Virus record (IMG/VR): IMGVR_UViG_3300032254_000013
Coordinates: 1 to 39,734 of that record
Source: a virus
Taxonomy: Duplodnaviria > Caudoviricetes
DNA length: 39,734 nt
Direction: 5' to 3' (one strand)
Part shown: positions 1-11,000 of the stretch, piece by piece
Position numbering within the stretch: position 1 is the stretch's first letter
Layout of the letters: the number at the start of each line of letters is the position of its first letter
Position numbers and translations under genes: made by a program
The notes under the pieces: model-generated
Database searches by the model: none
The model's input: the letters and a program-made list of their open reading frames with translations, nothing else
What the model was told of the DNA's origin: nothing

Positions 1-15
1 TTATTGAAATTTAGC

Positions 16-54
16 AAAAAAAAGCCTACAGAGAAACTGTAAGCTTTTGATTTT
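16..54. terminator. Bidirectional intrinsic terminator-like hairpin downstream of the tRNA-His fragment
   Basis: A-tract, AAAAGCCTACAG / CTGTAAGCTTTT stem (one mismatch), then T-rich tail. Confidence 0.6.
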
Positions 55-64
55 AATGCAAATA

Positions 65-110
65 TGGGGTGGCTGACGGGGCTCGAACCCGCGACGACCG
101 GAATCACAAT
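65..110 (-). mobile_element. att core: 3' half of tRNA-His(GTG), anticodon loop to CCA
   Basis: Minus strand ATTGTGATTCCGGTCGTCGCGGGTTCGAGCCCCGTCAGCCACCCCA has a GTG anticodon, a T-loop GTTCGA and a GCCACCCCA end. The sequence beyond 110 cannot form the anticodon stem or D arm, so this is a fragment, as is typical of tRNA-targeting phage att sites. Confidence 0.88.
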
Positions 111-129
111 ACACTCTAGAACACTTTAA

Positions 130-218
130 AATCAATGAGTTAACCTTGTTTTTCGTAACGTTTTAGGTTGTTTTCGGTCTATATAAAACAATAGCTTACG
201 TTATAACGTTACGAAAAA
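130..218. promoter_or_regulatory. att arm region: IHF-consensus site and 14-bp inverted repeat (candidate Int arm or Xis sites)
   Basis: AATCAATGAGTTA (130-142) fits WATCAANNNNTTR. TTTTTCGTAACGTT (149-162) and AACGTTACGAAAAA (205-218) are perfect inverted repeats. Confidence 0.55.
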
Positions 219-632
219 TTTAGCGATAAACAAAGCGTAATTCATAGAGTTAGAACGCCCGGTTCGCAGATAGGTTTTTTGACTCTAAATTCCTTTTGAA
301 TATCAAAAAGATAGCCTCTATCATTTGCCCCATAGAGCAGTGTGTACGCTTGATATATGCTATTGATTTGTATGGATTTAACTTTTTCTTATGGGGCAAG
401 AAAGCAGTTACAATATCAGCAAACAGCTTGCTGCAGAACGTGAGCATGAGACAAGATCAGGGTTTCTTGCCAAAGCAGCATTGAGCTATATTCAGCAAAA
501 AATAGACTAATAAACGTATCAAATAACCATATAAGGCTCTGTTTGTTTACATTCTAACCTTAAAATGTGAAAATTCATGAAATTGCTCCCTTGGACGATA
601 TATCTATTATAGATAACTGCTAAAATTTACTT

Positions 633-1376
633 ATGCCAGAAGCTCAAGAAAAAAATCTCTCCGAAGATCTAACGTCTAGAATTGGATCTCTTCCTGATGA
701 CAGGAGTTTGGCAGAATTACTTGTCAAAAGAATTCAAAGTGATATCGAAATACATTTAGCTGATGATGCTGCAGATGCTTATGGCCTTTCTGGTTTGTTA
801 GCAACATATTTGCGTGATGAAAAAAGCATGCACTCTTTTTATAAGAAAGCGCTAAAAATTGAGCCAGAGAATGCTGTCTTAAACCACAATTATTCCACTA
901 ATTCATTTGCATTTGGGTTGATAGACAACGCCATCCAATATGCAAAGAAAACTCACGGCATATTAAAAGATGACAGAGATGCTGTTGAGTTTTTATTCCA
1001 GGCTATGTTTTTTACGTTAAGAGTTAAAGAGGCCTCAGAATTGTCTGAGCAAATAATAAAGCATAATATTGAAAAATATTTACCTACCTTAAATTTTGCT
1101 CAAGATATTCAAAATATGTTTTCAAGATCTGATATTTCAGCTGATGAAGCTCAGGATTTCTTGAAAATCGCCTACGATTTAATGCGAGCTAAAAAACTAA
1201 CAGCAACAGCAAGAAGACTCCACCCCTGCGGAAATAATTCAATTAGTTATAAAATACAACTTGGTGTAGATGTTGAACAAGTTGTTGATATGAATATTCT
1301 ACTTGCTGAAAAATTCGCATCTCATGAAAACGCTTCGAAAATCAGCACGATTTTAAATGTGGCTTATTCTATTTAG
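633..1376 (+). CDS. TPR-like helical repeat protein (cargo gene)
   Basis: TPR-like segments (FYKKALKIEPENAVLNHNY, AIQYAKK); AT-rich; opposite strand to the late operon. Confidence 0.6.
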   Translation: MPEAQEKNLSEDLTSRIGSLPDDRSLAELLVKRIQSDIEIHLADDAADAYGLSGLLATYLRDEKSMHSFYKKALKIEPENAVLNHNYSTNSFAFGLIDNAIQYAKKTHGILKDDRDAVEFLFQAMFFTLRVKEASELSEQIIKHNIEKYLPTLNFAQDIQNMFSRSDISADEAQDFLKIAYDLMRAKKLTATARRLHPCGNNSISYKIQLGVDVEQVVDMNILLAEKFASHENASKISTILNVAYSI

Positions 1377-1390
1377 GAAGATTCATCTAT

Positions 1391-1765
1391 ATGCCAGTTA
1401 CCCCTTTGAAGTTTCTTGAATTTTCTGAAGGTTTACTTGAGTCAAAAGAAGAAATAAATATTCGAAACGCAATGAGTCGCTCTTATTACGCCTCATACCA
1501 CGCAGGGCAACCTATCGGTAAGAAGTTTGCTTTGTATGCGGATGTGGAAGGTGGTTCTCACGCTCAGTTCATTTCTAGATTCACAGAACATAGTGATGTT
1601 TCTGTTAGGAAGGTTGGGTTTGTATTACGATCATGCTTAAGCGACAGAAGGATTGCTGATTATGAGCTGGACATGGATTTATCAATCGATGATGCCCTGC
1701 TCGCTATATCTCAAAATAAAAGAGTTATTGGTCTTCTTTCTGAATTAGATGAAAAATACCCGTAG
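1391..1765 (+). CDS. HEPN-domain protein
   Basis: RNAMSRSYYASYH helix, GGSH and C-terminal RRIADY motifs are typical of small HEPN proteins. Confidence 0.75.
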   Translation: MPVTPLKFLEFSEGLLESKEEINIRNAMSRSYYASYHAGQPIGKKFALYADVEGGSHAQFISRFTEHSDVSVRKVGFVLRSCLSDRRIADYELDMDLSIDDALLAISQNKRVIGLLSELDEKYP

Positions 1766-1771
1766 CCTAAT

Positions 1772-2341
1772 TTATTTCCGAAACGCACTAATTAAATTAG
1801 CAATTGCACCTGAAGGCTGACCAGAAGCCGCGCTATATCGTGCGGTTTTTTCTTTTGTGCGCATTCCAAAGTAGGCTCGCAGCAGAGCGGTTGGGGTGCC
1901 GATAACTGCCAGCATCATTGGCCACGAGTCACTTAATATTTTTAACGTCTCTGCTAGACCATTAAAAATCGCATAAACCCATACGATGGAAAATAAAGAA
2001 ACAACAACAGTAACAAGCCATGACATCATTAATGCTATATAAGGTCGCGTGCTTGAACCCGCTGCATCAGCTTGAGCTAACGAGGCTTGAATACCTTCCC
2101 ACGATTTAATTTCTGCAATTTCGACATCTAATTGCTTTTCCATTAACGAACTTCGCTGGTCTGGAGTAAGTTGATTAACTGCGCTTCGAATATCATTACC
2201 TGTTGCTGTTTCTGGGAGCTTTTCATCGTCAGGCAACATAGCGTTTACAGCCCCCAAAATTGCTGGTCCACCAGGTATTAATGTAGACGCCACCGCTAAC
2301 AATGGCCCTTTGATTGTGTCGAATATTTTTCCAAAATTCAT
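1772..2341 (-). CDS. Holin-like membrane protein
   Basis: Follows the endolysin; hydrophobic helices after TRPYIA and a YFG motif, as in GTA-type 3TM holins. Confidence 0.6.
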   Translation of the reverse strand: MNFGKIFDTIKGPLLAVASTLIPGGPAILGAVNAMLPDDEKLPETATGNDIRSAVNQLTPDQRSSLMEKQLDVEIAEIKSWEGIQASLAQADAAGSSTRPYIALMMSWLVTVVVSLFSIVWVYAIFNGLAETLKILSDSWPMMLAVIGTPTALLRAYFGMRTKEKTARYSAASGQPSGAIANLISAFRK

Positions 2342-2784
2342 TATACGTTCTCCTTTATTAGTTCAATATGCGCCATATCCCAGCCATACGGGATACCGCT
2401 TATAATTTTTGGTACTTTGCGTCTCCAAAGACCGCCCCATTTAATTCTGTAACCAAGTCTTGATGCTGCTTCTAAATGTGCAGCACCGACCATGGCTAAG
2501 TGGTGATGTTCCCAGCTTGCCTTGCCATTAACGAACGCATAAAAATCTAATGCTTTACCATAACCATCTTCTTTTGGTTGATGTTTGCCAATTTTATTAA
2601 ACCCATCTGCTTTTGATTTTCCATCAGCGAATAATTCACCTTGGCGTGTTGCTGTTCGTACTCCACCGTCTGCAGGAATACCAAAATCAACTACTGATAT
2701 TTGAATAGCAAGATCACTAATCTCAATTAGTCGTGGGTCAACGCCTTCGCGCCTTTGTTTTGATTTTTTACTTAATTCAAACAT
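2341..2784 (-). CDS. Endolysin, peptidase M15 family (L-Ala-D-Glu peptidase-like)
   Basis: LSKKSKQRREGVDPRL, GVRT, KH...GKALD, IKWGGLW and WDMAHIEL motifs. Confidence 0.85.
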   Translation of the reverse strand: MFELSKKSKQRREGVDPRLIEISDLAIQISVVDFGIPADGGVRTATRQGELFADGKSKADGFNKIGKHQPKEDGYGKALDFYAFVNGKASWEHHHLAMVGAAHLEAASRLGYRIKWGGLWRRKVPKIISGIPYGWDMAHIELIKENV

Positions 2785-2807
2785 TGTTAATCCTTATAAT
2801 TTAGGTA

Positions 2808-2842
2808 TAAAAAAACCCGAGATAATTAAAATCATTCGGGTT
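2808..2842 (-). terminator. Intrinsic terminator after tail-fibre module
   Basis: AACCCGA...TCGGGTT stem with a T-tract on the minus strand. Confidence 0.5.
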
Positions 2843-2902
2843 ACTTGGTAGCTTTCGTTATAGTGAAGCTGTGGCTATTTGTTATATAAGATATTTGTGG
2901 TA

Positions 2903-3244
2903 TTAAGGCTTCCTAGTCGCACGTTTAACCACTGCTTCTGCTTCTAAATCTTTAAGAAACTGTGGTGCAGATGGTTGTGATGCTACCCATGCACGAACTT
3001 CACGCATAGATGCTAAATCAATTTGCATTAACTCAGCATCAACTTGAGCGTTAAACCCAGCATCATCAATAGTTGCTTGAGTAGCTTTTATAATACCGTC
3101 ATTAGTATTATTCAGCTTATCGAGTTCCATATTAGGAATTTCAGTAACGTCAAGAACGACATGGGTTAAAGGATCGAAAGGAATATCACCCCAACGAAGA
3201 AATGATTTAGTTTTCTTTGTGGTTTTATTGCATAATACTTTCAT
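2903..3244 (-). CDS. Putative tail fibre assembly or chaperone protein
   Basis: Small ORF coupled directly downstream of the tail fibre; IDLASMREVR...LEAEA C-terminal helix; mainly a positional call. Confidence 0.45.
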   Translation of the reverse strand: MKVLCNKTTKKTKSFLRWGDIPFDPLTHVVLDVTEIPNMELDKLNNTNDGIIKATQATIDDAGFNAQVDAELMQIDLASMREVRAWVASQPSAPQFLKDLEAEAVVKRATRKP

Positions 3245-4983
3245 TAGTTTTGCCCTCTGTTATCAATCCAACCTAAAGTTTTTATATTAAATTGAATACT
3301 TGTGTTTGAAAGAGAACTCCGATGCCTAATTTGTGACGATATATTAGTGACTACTTCCATTTCTTGGATAGTTATAACCCCTGCCGTAAAACCGCCTTGG
3401 AAATTATAGAGGGAGGATGTTGGCGCGGTATCAGTTTGAGATGGGTCAGTTATCAGCATATATGGAGTCGCTGAAACTGAGCCAGAGTAGCTATAAACAT
3501 TAATGATTGCTGTCGTTTTAATTCCCAACGGAGTGCTTAAAATATCTAAAACAGCGGCGGATGAATGCGTTGTCGCTATATCGGCGGAAACAACATCAAA
3601 AATAAAACGATTACCATTCTGAATAAATTGGATAATATTACCCGCGCCATCAGTAAGTACAGAACCAATACGACGATAGGCTGTATAGCCTACTGGAATG
3701 TTTGCGGCAGTTACAGAAGTATCAAAACCTGCATCAACTGTTCCATCTGAATCTTTACGAATTAAAAACATGTGATACCAGGTATTAATTGCAACCGCGC
3801 CAGTGAACATGCCACCTGCATTTGTTCCTGCTGCAAATGCAACATCTATTTGTTTTGTTAAGCCTGAAGCAAGATTTAATGTTTCACCTGTTTTAGCAGC
3901 ACACTCGCCTGTTGCAATGTCAATATCGTTTAATGCGTCTGTCACATTGTTTGAAATAGCTAACCCGTAAATGTAACCAAGACGAACAGGGTTAGGGTTC
4001 AACAAAATCATATTCACGCCGTTATAACGGAAAAATGCTTCAGTAGGTATAGAACCAATAGCTAATGCAGAACCATCTAAATTCTTTATTGTTTTTGCAC
4101 CCTTCGCATCAAAGTTGATAGTAGGTGCTGCAATCGTATTGGTGTTGGCAATCGACAAATAGTACGTTTTACCTGCTGTATATGCGCTGATACCAAGTGT
4201 TGCAGTATATGTGTCTGTACCTGCAACTGTTGAAGCTAAGTCTGCACTTGTGGCTGCGCTTGCTGCTGCTTTTTTGGCGTGATGCAGAGCTGAATAATCA
4301 TCAATCGCATCACCACCAGCTGCTGCAGAAACCAAGCTGTCTTCAGCTTTATTTGCCCATTCTTCTGCATAGGTAACTTCTGCTTGCGAATCTGTTACTG
4401 CGGTTTCTGCCAAGACCTTTGCTGCAATCGATAAATCACGGGCTGCCTCAGATAAACCTTGAGCAGTGACTGATGCATCTTTAGCAACGATACTTGCATC
4501 ACGAGCAGCTTCTGATAAACCTTGAGCAGTTTGTGATGCTTGGTTTGATAATTCAGAAGCAGTTGCGCTCGTTGCAGCACTTGCATCATAGGCAGACAAA
4601 TCAATAATCAACGTCCATTTATTTGCTGCTAAATCTGTTGCGAATACACCAGAGGCATGATCAACCAAGCAATAATATAATGCGCCAGCTTCCCAAACAC
4701 TGTGACGTTTTGTGTAATCTGTTGCAGTCAGCCAGTTTGTAACATCTGCTATACCAACTGATACTTCTGCTTTAAGTTGATCAATACCAATTGATGCATT
4801 GGCAATAACACCATCATCACGTTGAATTAATGCTAGGTTAGCTAATGTTTCTGAGATTGTTGTTGCAATGTTTGCAAGTTCAGCATCAACCGCTGCGGTT
4901 AGTACTGCACTGCGACCTGCGACACTACCGGCTTCATCGGCACTAAAGTCACGAGTCACGACATAAGGTGTTGGTTGTGGCAT
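3244..4983 (-). CDS. Tail fibre / receptor-binding protein
   Basis: N-terminal anchor, a W..A.DY...V...G.LYYC..DH..G.F..D...KW module, Ala-rich repeats (TAQGLSEAARD twice), and a beta-rich C-terminus with IPVGYTAYRRIGSV. Confidence 0.8.
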   Translation of the reverse strand: MPQPTPYVVTRDFSADEAGSVAGRSAVLTAAVDAELANIATTISETLANLALIQRDDGVIANASIGIDQLKAEVSVGIADVTNWLTATDYTKRHSVWEAGALYYCLVDHASGVFATDLAANKWTLIIDLSAYDASAATSATASELSNQASQTAQGLSEAARDASIVAKDASVTAQGLSEAARDLSIAAKVLAETAVTDSQAEVTYAEEWANKAEDSLVSAAAGGDAIDDYSALHHAKKAAASAATSADLASTVAGTDTYTATLGISAYTAGKTYYLSIANTNTIAAPTINFDAKGAKTIKNLDGSALAIGSIPTEAFFRYNGVNMILLNPNPVRLGYIYGLAISNNVTDALNDIDIATGECAAKTGETLNLASGLTKQIDVAFAAGTNAGGMFTGAVAINTWYHMFLIRKDSDGTVDAGFDTSVTAANIPVGYTAYRRIGSVLTDGAGNIIQFIQNGNRFIFDVVSADIATTHSSAAVLDILSTPLGIKTTAIINVYSYSGSVSATPYMLITDPSQTDTAPTSSLYNFQGGFTAGVITIQEMEVVTNISSQIRHRSSLSNTSIQFNIKTLGWIDNRGQN

Positions 4984-4998
4984 TTATTTGCTCCCAAT

Positions 4999-5022
4999 AA
5001 AAAACCCGCATAAAGCGGGTTT
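4999..5022. terminator. Intrinsic terminator after giant gene
   Basis: AAAAAACCCGC-ATAAA-GCGGGTTT. Confidence 0.75.
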
Positions 5023-5044
5023 AGTTAAATTAAATATGTATTTT

Positions 5045-8000
5045 TTATTCATCCGCAAACCTGCCTTTGTTTCGCAGGTGTTGCATGTTCTTTCTTAAGT
5101 ACACGCCATTTTTTGTCATTGCACTTGTACGTGCACGCATCTTTAATGAGCGCTCAATGCTGTCAACAGTAATGGCGTTTGTTGGGTTCTTTTTACTAAA
5201 CTTAGCCATCTCTTTTAAGATTTCTTTTTGCCAAGCGGCATCACCATTATTAATTGATGTTGCAAATTTATTCATTAATAGCTTACGGCGGTCTTTAATT
5301 CTATTTTCCGCGTTTTTAATAGTGGACCGTGCATCATATTGTTTATTAACACGGCCAACAGAAAAACCAATGAACTGCATAAAGGCTTCAAAGGCATTAA
5401 TATCCTGAACAATTGGATCGCCTTTTAAAGTGGTGGCACCTTCATCGGCGATACGCACGGCTTTCATTACATCTTTTGCAGATTTGGGTAGCATGGTTTC
5501 AATGCCGCGATACACTTTGCCTTCTTTCATTAAACCTACGCCACGTGCTGCACTGTCTAAAATACCGAGGGTTGGCCCTAGCATGCTTAATGCCTGGTAT
5601 TGCAACTCTTCTTTTGCTTCTAAATCACGGCCTGAAGGTCTAAACCACAAACTATCTAATGCCAATCTATCGCTAAAACCGACACCCGTTAATGCTTCAA
5701 CGGGCCCTATTGCAAGAACGTCTGCCCATGTTGAACCTAAAAGCTCAGTAAAATTATTACGACGCTCCGCTTCAATATCAAAAGGCTCATCTTCATCATC
5801 CCAAATCATTTCTAAAATTAAATCGATAACACCAAATGGGAGCCATGGCATACCGTTATACCCCACGAACAAGTAAGACATAAACAAAATACCGCCCAGC
5901 TTTCGGCGAGCTTCTTTCTTAACTGCAGCACTTTCACCTTTAACTGATTGGTAAGTAGAACGTGCTAGCAAATAGATCATATTCAGTGAATATTGTTTGA
6001 AGATGAATGCCACTTTTGCAATATCGTTTTGCATAAAGGCAGCTTTGTTTGCATTAGAATAATTAAAGTGAGTCGCATCCACCATGTCATAAGCTTCTTG
6101 CATTGCGACTGCATGAGACAGGCCTTTTTTACGGGCTAACCGATAAGTGGCAATCGATGTGACTTCACGGTTAAACCGTTCAGCGTGATGAAAAGCATAA
6201 CTCACCGCACCCATCACTTTATCTTTTTTAGGACTATAAATTGCGCTGGGTGTTTCAGACATAGCCGCTAAATCATGCGCAAGCGTTTTATCAATAATTC
6301 CTGTATCAACCAACCATTGGTATGCCTTAAGTTCATCCCCTTTCAGTGCACCTTCAATACTAAACAGGCCATCTTTAACCTCAATACGATTACCCATGAA
6401 TTCACGCGAGGCGTTTAATAGCTCTTTACCGGCTTTAGTAAACCCAAACTTTGCCCCCATAGAGGGGAAGGCCACCATAGCGGTTTGCGTCATATTAACA
6501 ATAGCCGCTGCAGGTGTTGCACCCAGGTACCAAACAAAATTAAATTGAGTGACGTTATTTGCCCACCCTGCTCCCATGGGGTTCATTGCCCAGTCATGAC
6601 GTTTTTTGGTTTCATTGAGAATTTGCGCAGCTTTATCGGCTTTGTCGCCGGTCATATCGCGTGCTTGTTCTTCCATATTTTCAAGTTGTGTTTGCATGAC
6701 ATCAGCAAACTTTAATTTACTTAACTGGTAAGCACCGTGAAAATTATGATGAGAAAATGCACGTAATGCATCAGGTGTAAAACCTTCTTTCTTTTGACGA
6801 TGAATAAAAGATTTACGCATTGAAACGTCTGGCAAGGTATTCAAAAACAATTGGTAAATTTCATCATGTGTGCTATTTGACTGAAGGTTAAGTTTATCAA
6901 CTACCTTTAAAACATTAGCAATAAAGCCTTCGCTAACCGCTGCATCTTGTCTGTTTTTATCAATCTTGTGGCCAGTTTTTACTTTAAGCCCTTCGTTTTC
7001 TTTTTTCTTAACGAGGTTGTCTCGATGGCCTTTTTTCTCGAACATATAAAACTCATAATCAGTAGACTTTTCAACCGCCCATTTAATGGCTTCTTCTTTA
7101 GAGTCAAATGTTTCAATGGCATTACGGGTTTCTTTTAGCATAACCGCCCACTTGCCCTGCTCTGAGTCTTTTGCCGTGAACCCTTTGTTTCGAATAGAAT
7201 ATTTTTTCTGCCACTCAGTAGGAATTAACACCTTAGCCCAGTAATCACCGAAACGGGCTAACGGGAAGTAAGGCCCCTCAATACGAACAGATTCAAACTG
7301 CGCACGCATTTCAGCTTTGTATTGTTCTTTTTCTTTTGCGCTGAGTTCAGCACGATCAATCTTGTCCATTAACGCTTGTTGAGTTTGGTCCATTCGCTGA
7401 ACATAATGATCGCGTACTTCTTTGTAAATTTCTTGCGCTTTAGGTGGCAACTTATCCCATTGGCGCTTTAATTCTGGATAAGCTTTTTCTCTGTTTTTCT
7501 CAAAGGCAACACGCTCTCTTATTTCATTTACTTTCTCAATATATTTACCGGCTTCACCAGGCATTGATTTAGCAAAACGGAATTGTTTAGCGATATCCTC
7601 TTTGGCGGCGCCAAGATTAATAATTGAACTATAAGGCTCTGCAGGATCAACTCCCGCAATGGTGGCCGCATGCATGGTGTTTACCATAGCATCGGCATCT
7701 TTAACGTTTTCTTTTTGTGTCGCCCACTTCGTCCAGCCCTTAGCAATCTCTGAAGACTCAGCCACTAATTCATTTCTAAAAGCGTCCATCTTCTCAGCTG
7801 TGAGCACGTAGGTTTTAATGGTCGGTAAAATGCTGCTACCAATATCAGCCAAGTGACGGCGAGTGAGCATTTTTAATGCGCCCGGGCGAAGATGATCAAT
7901 TGAGTTACCTAATGAACGTTTAACCTTATCCCATGTTGGTACATTTTGAGCTTCTTCATCGATATCATCTAAAATTTCATTTGGCTCACGACTAAAGTAA

Positions 8001-11000
8001 CGCTCATTATCTTCTTTAGAAAAATGCTTGTAGCTTTCTTTACGTTCTGCTTTTTCTTTTTTTGTGCGGTTAACCTCAAGATTTTTAGCCGCTTTTACAA
8101 CCAATGCATCAAGTTCTGATTTTGACCATTTAAGGTTGATACCTAGCTTACGTAAAAACTTACGAAGCAACTCAACGACCTTGGTTAACAAAGGAGAACT
8201 AACACCCTTTTCTGCCACTAAAGCAACAATCTCTTTGGCTTCAGTAGTTTTATCCAATTTTCCATAACGCTGAAATACTTCATCTGATATTTCAGTAAGC
8301 TTTTTGTCACCTGAACGCTTTAACCATTGAACGCGTTCGAGGACTTGATCTAAGTCATCCCCCATCATTTGTTCAAAAGAATGGTGGCCAACAGCTTCGT
8401 GTGCCAGGCGACTTAAAATATGGTCCTTGTCTTTTAATTTATCAGCAACCAAATAAATTTGCTCTTCTGCACCGTAATGCACGGCACTTACTTTTTCCAT
8501 GCCATGCGCTTCTGCATCAAGAATATGCTCAGGAATTTCAGAGATGCTTTGAACGACCTCAACCTTAGGTGATTTGTCGCCCCACTTTAAAATAACCGGT
8601 GCAATAATTTTTTCTACTTCAGAAACAGAAAACCCGCTAGAAGCGGGTTTGTCTTTTGAATAAAGTATATCTTTTAGTCCGGGAAGTCGTCGTGAATCCT
8701 GTAACTGGCGGCTAAGGTAAGCCAGTATTCCTCGCCGTTCAGCTCCACTTTTCGCTTGTAAAAAGGTAGATGTGAGAGCGCCTCTTTTAAGCGTTGCGAT
8801 TCCTGCTCGACCGCTTTTTGCCGGTGCGGATTTGGCGAGTGTGTCAAACTGTAATCGATCAACTCGTCTACCGTTGTGAACGAAGGCATTTTCTGAGAAG
8901 TCATAAGTAATATCCTTAATCAATGGAACTGCTTCTGTGATATTAGTATAGCTTCTTTCCATCAATCTGACCATGTTGCCTTCATGATCACCCTGAATCC
9001 AGTCAATTTTTTGCTTAGGATGGGGTCTTAAATGCTTGGTCGTACCGAATTTCAATGCGGAAGAAAGCATATTTTCAGTGCGTCTAAAATAAGCATCTTC
9101 TGATAAACCATCCCGATCACCAATAAACACTTTGCCATTATTGTGTGCAAAGGTAGATACAATATTATAAATAGCCGTACCACGGCCACTGCCAGACTTT
9201 AGGCGAGCAACATTTAATTCAATGGTTCCGTCAGTGTTTTCACGCACAAAGGCCACTGATTTATCTGGCATTACTAAGCGCCACTCATGTTTTAAGCCAG
9301 CTCGCTTTATGCCGTAGTCATAATTCTCTACCTGAATATCAGGACTTATTTCAGCCGTAATTTCTTTTATGGTTTTAGCATTAGACTTAGGCTGCTGAAA
9401 CATTTCGTCGTCCATAACAAACTGCTTCCACAGCTCGACTACTTCTTTATCAACTTTTGGTTCTGCTTTTTCTTTAGAGAATAAAGCTGTTCCATTTTTA
9501 GTTTCCTTTGTTTGGAAAACTTCAAATAGGTCTTTGAATTTACCATTAATGGCTTCACGCTCCTTACCTTCTGGGTAAGGCTTCACATTAAACATTTTGT
9601 ATTCTGGTAAGTCGTTATGTTTTTCGTAAGAAAGGAAATCATTACGCGCATCAATGGTTTTAAGTTTGTCATAGATATATGACTCAAAAGCACGAGCCAT
9701 TAATTCATGCTGAGTACTCCAATAGTTTGCACGAGATCCTTTGTCCATAAAGTAAGCTTCTGAATAAAACTCACTTGCAACCTTTCTTGTTTTTACTTTT
9801 TGTTTTTGGGCTTCAGCTAAATATTCGGCTGCGGTTTTTTCGGAACTAATGGCAGCTTGAATATTAACAATAACACCCTGTAACCGGCCTTGGGCTTTTG
9901 AGTAACCTTGGCGACCACGCGTTGTTTTATATAAATCAGAGAGTTTTTTTACTGATTCGAACAGGTGAATACCGCCATAACCTTTGCCTTGAACCCATTG
10001 CTCGGTACCGTATTCACCTGCTTTAATATCCGCAATAATTTTATCCGCTTCTTTTAGCTGTTCTTTAGTGGCTGGTGCATTATTCTTTTTACCACGATAT
10101 GGCTGGTAACTTTCACCAGTATAGTCAGTCTCTAAATCTGTACGGAATTTATCAAGCCGTTTATGCAAGTCTTCTTTACGACCATTTTCAAAACGTTCAC
10201 GAGAACTAACGTCTTCTTTATATTCTTGAGTACGTTTAGTAATTGTATCCATCACGCTATCAAATGCATTCTTTAGCTCTTCACGTGTTTTATCTTGGTA
10301 GCCAAAACCATGAGAGACAAAATTGCCTGAAGGTGATTTACTAGCATCAAAGACTTTATCGCCATTACTTTTAGTGATTCTTTCTGCTTTTGCTTTGCCA
10401 CCTTCTCGACCAAGGTAATGGTCTAATGCATGCATCCACTCATGAGCAAGACTGCCAGCACCTTTAATCTTGGTTAAGTTAATAACACCGTAATTCATTT
10501 CGTAATGCGCTTTTGCACCTGTAAGCCCGTGGCCACGAGAGCCAAAGCCAACACCCAAATCACCATTAAGAGAAATAGCCTTTGGTGGCACATTTAACAT
10601 TTCTGCTAAATCTAAAAAAGCATCATACGCCTGGTTTAAAATATGCTGGCGCTCTTCAGAGTTATTCCACTTACCAAACTCAACGCCACGGAAACCAAAT
10701 ATCTCATTGAAGTCATCTGCGCCTACATTAGCATCGTCTTCTCGACGTGCTTCACCACTGCGAATAGCTTCTTTTAATGCTGGGTGAATAGAATCATCGA
10801 AACGTGTTTTTGTTTCAATAATGTCAACGGCATTCTTGGCCATGTATTCCATGGCTTCTTCACGACTTTCAAAACCACCCTTAACAACTGGGCGCTTACG
10901 GTCTGTGACTATACGAACAATTTCATACTCGCCTTTTTTGTCGGCAGACTGAACACGGTGGTTACGAGAAACTTCATGCAAAGGAATGGCTTCTTCTGCT

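Noticed and set aside
65-140. Complete tRNA-His gene
   Set aside because: Only the anticodon loop to CCA is present; there is no D arm or 5' acceptor strand
250-484. Two short overlapping ORFs near att
   Set aside because: No RBS or motif support; probably non-coding att arm or promoter region
3244-4983. Diversity-generating retroelement targeting the tail fibre
   Set aside because: No reverse transcriptase and no template/variable repeat pair was seen; the only repeats are Ala-rich coding repeats
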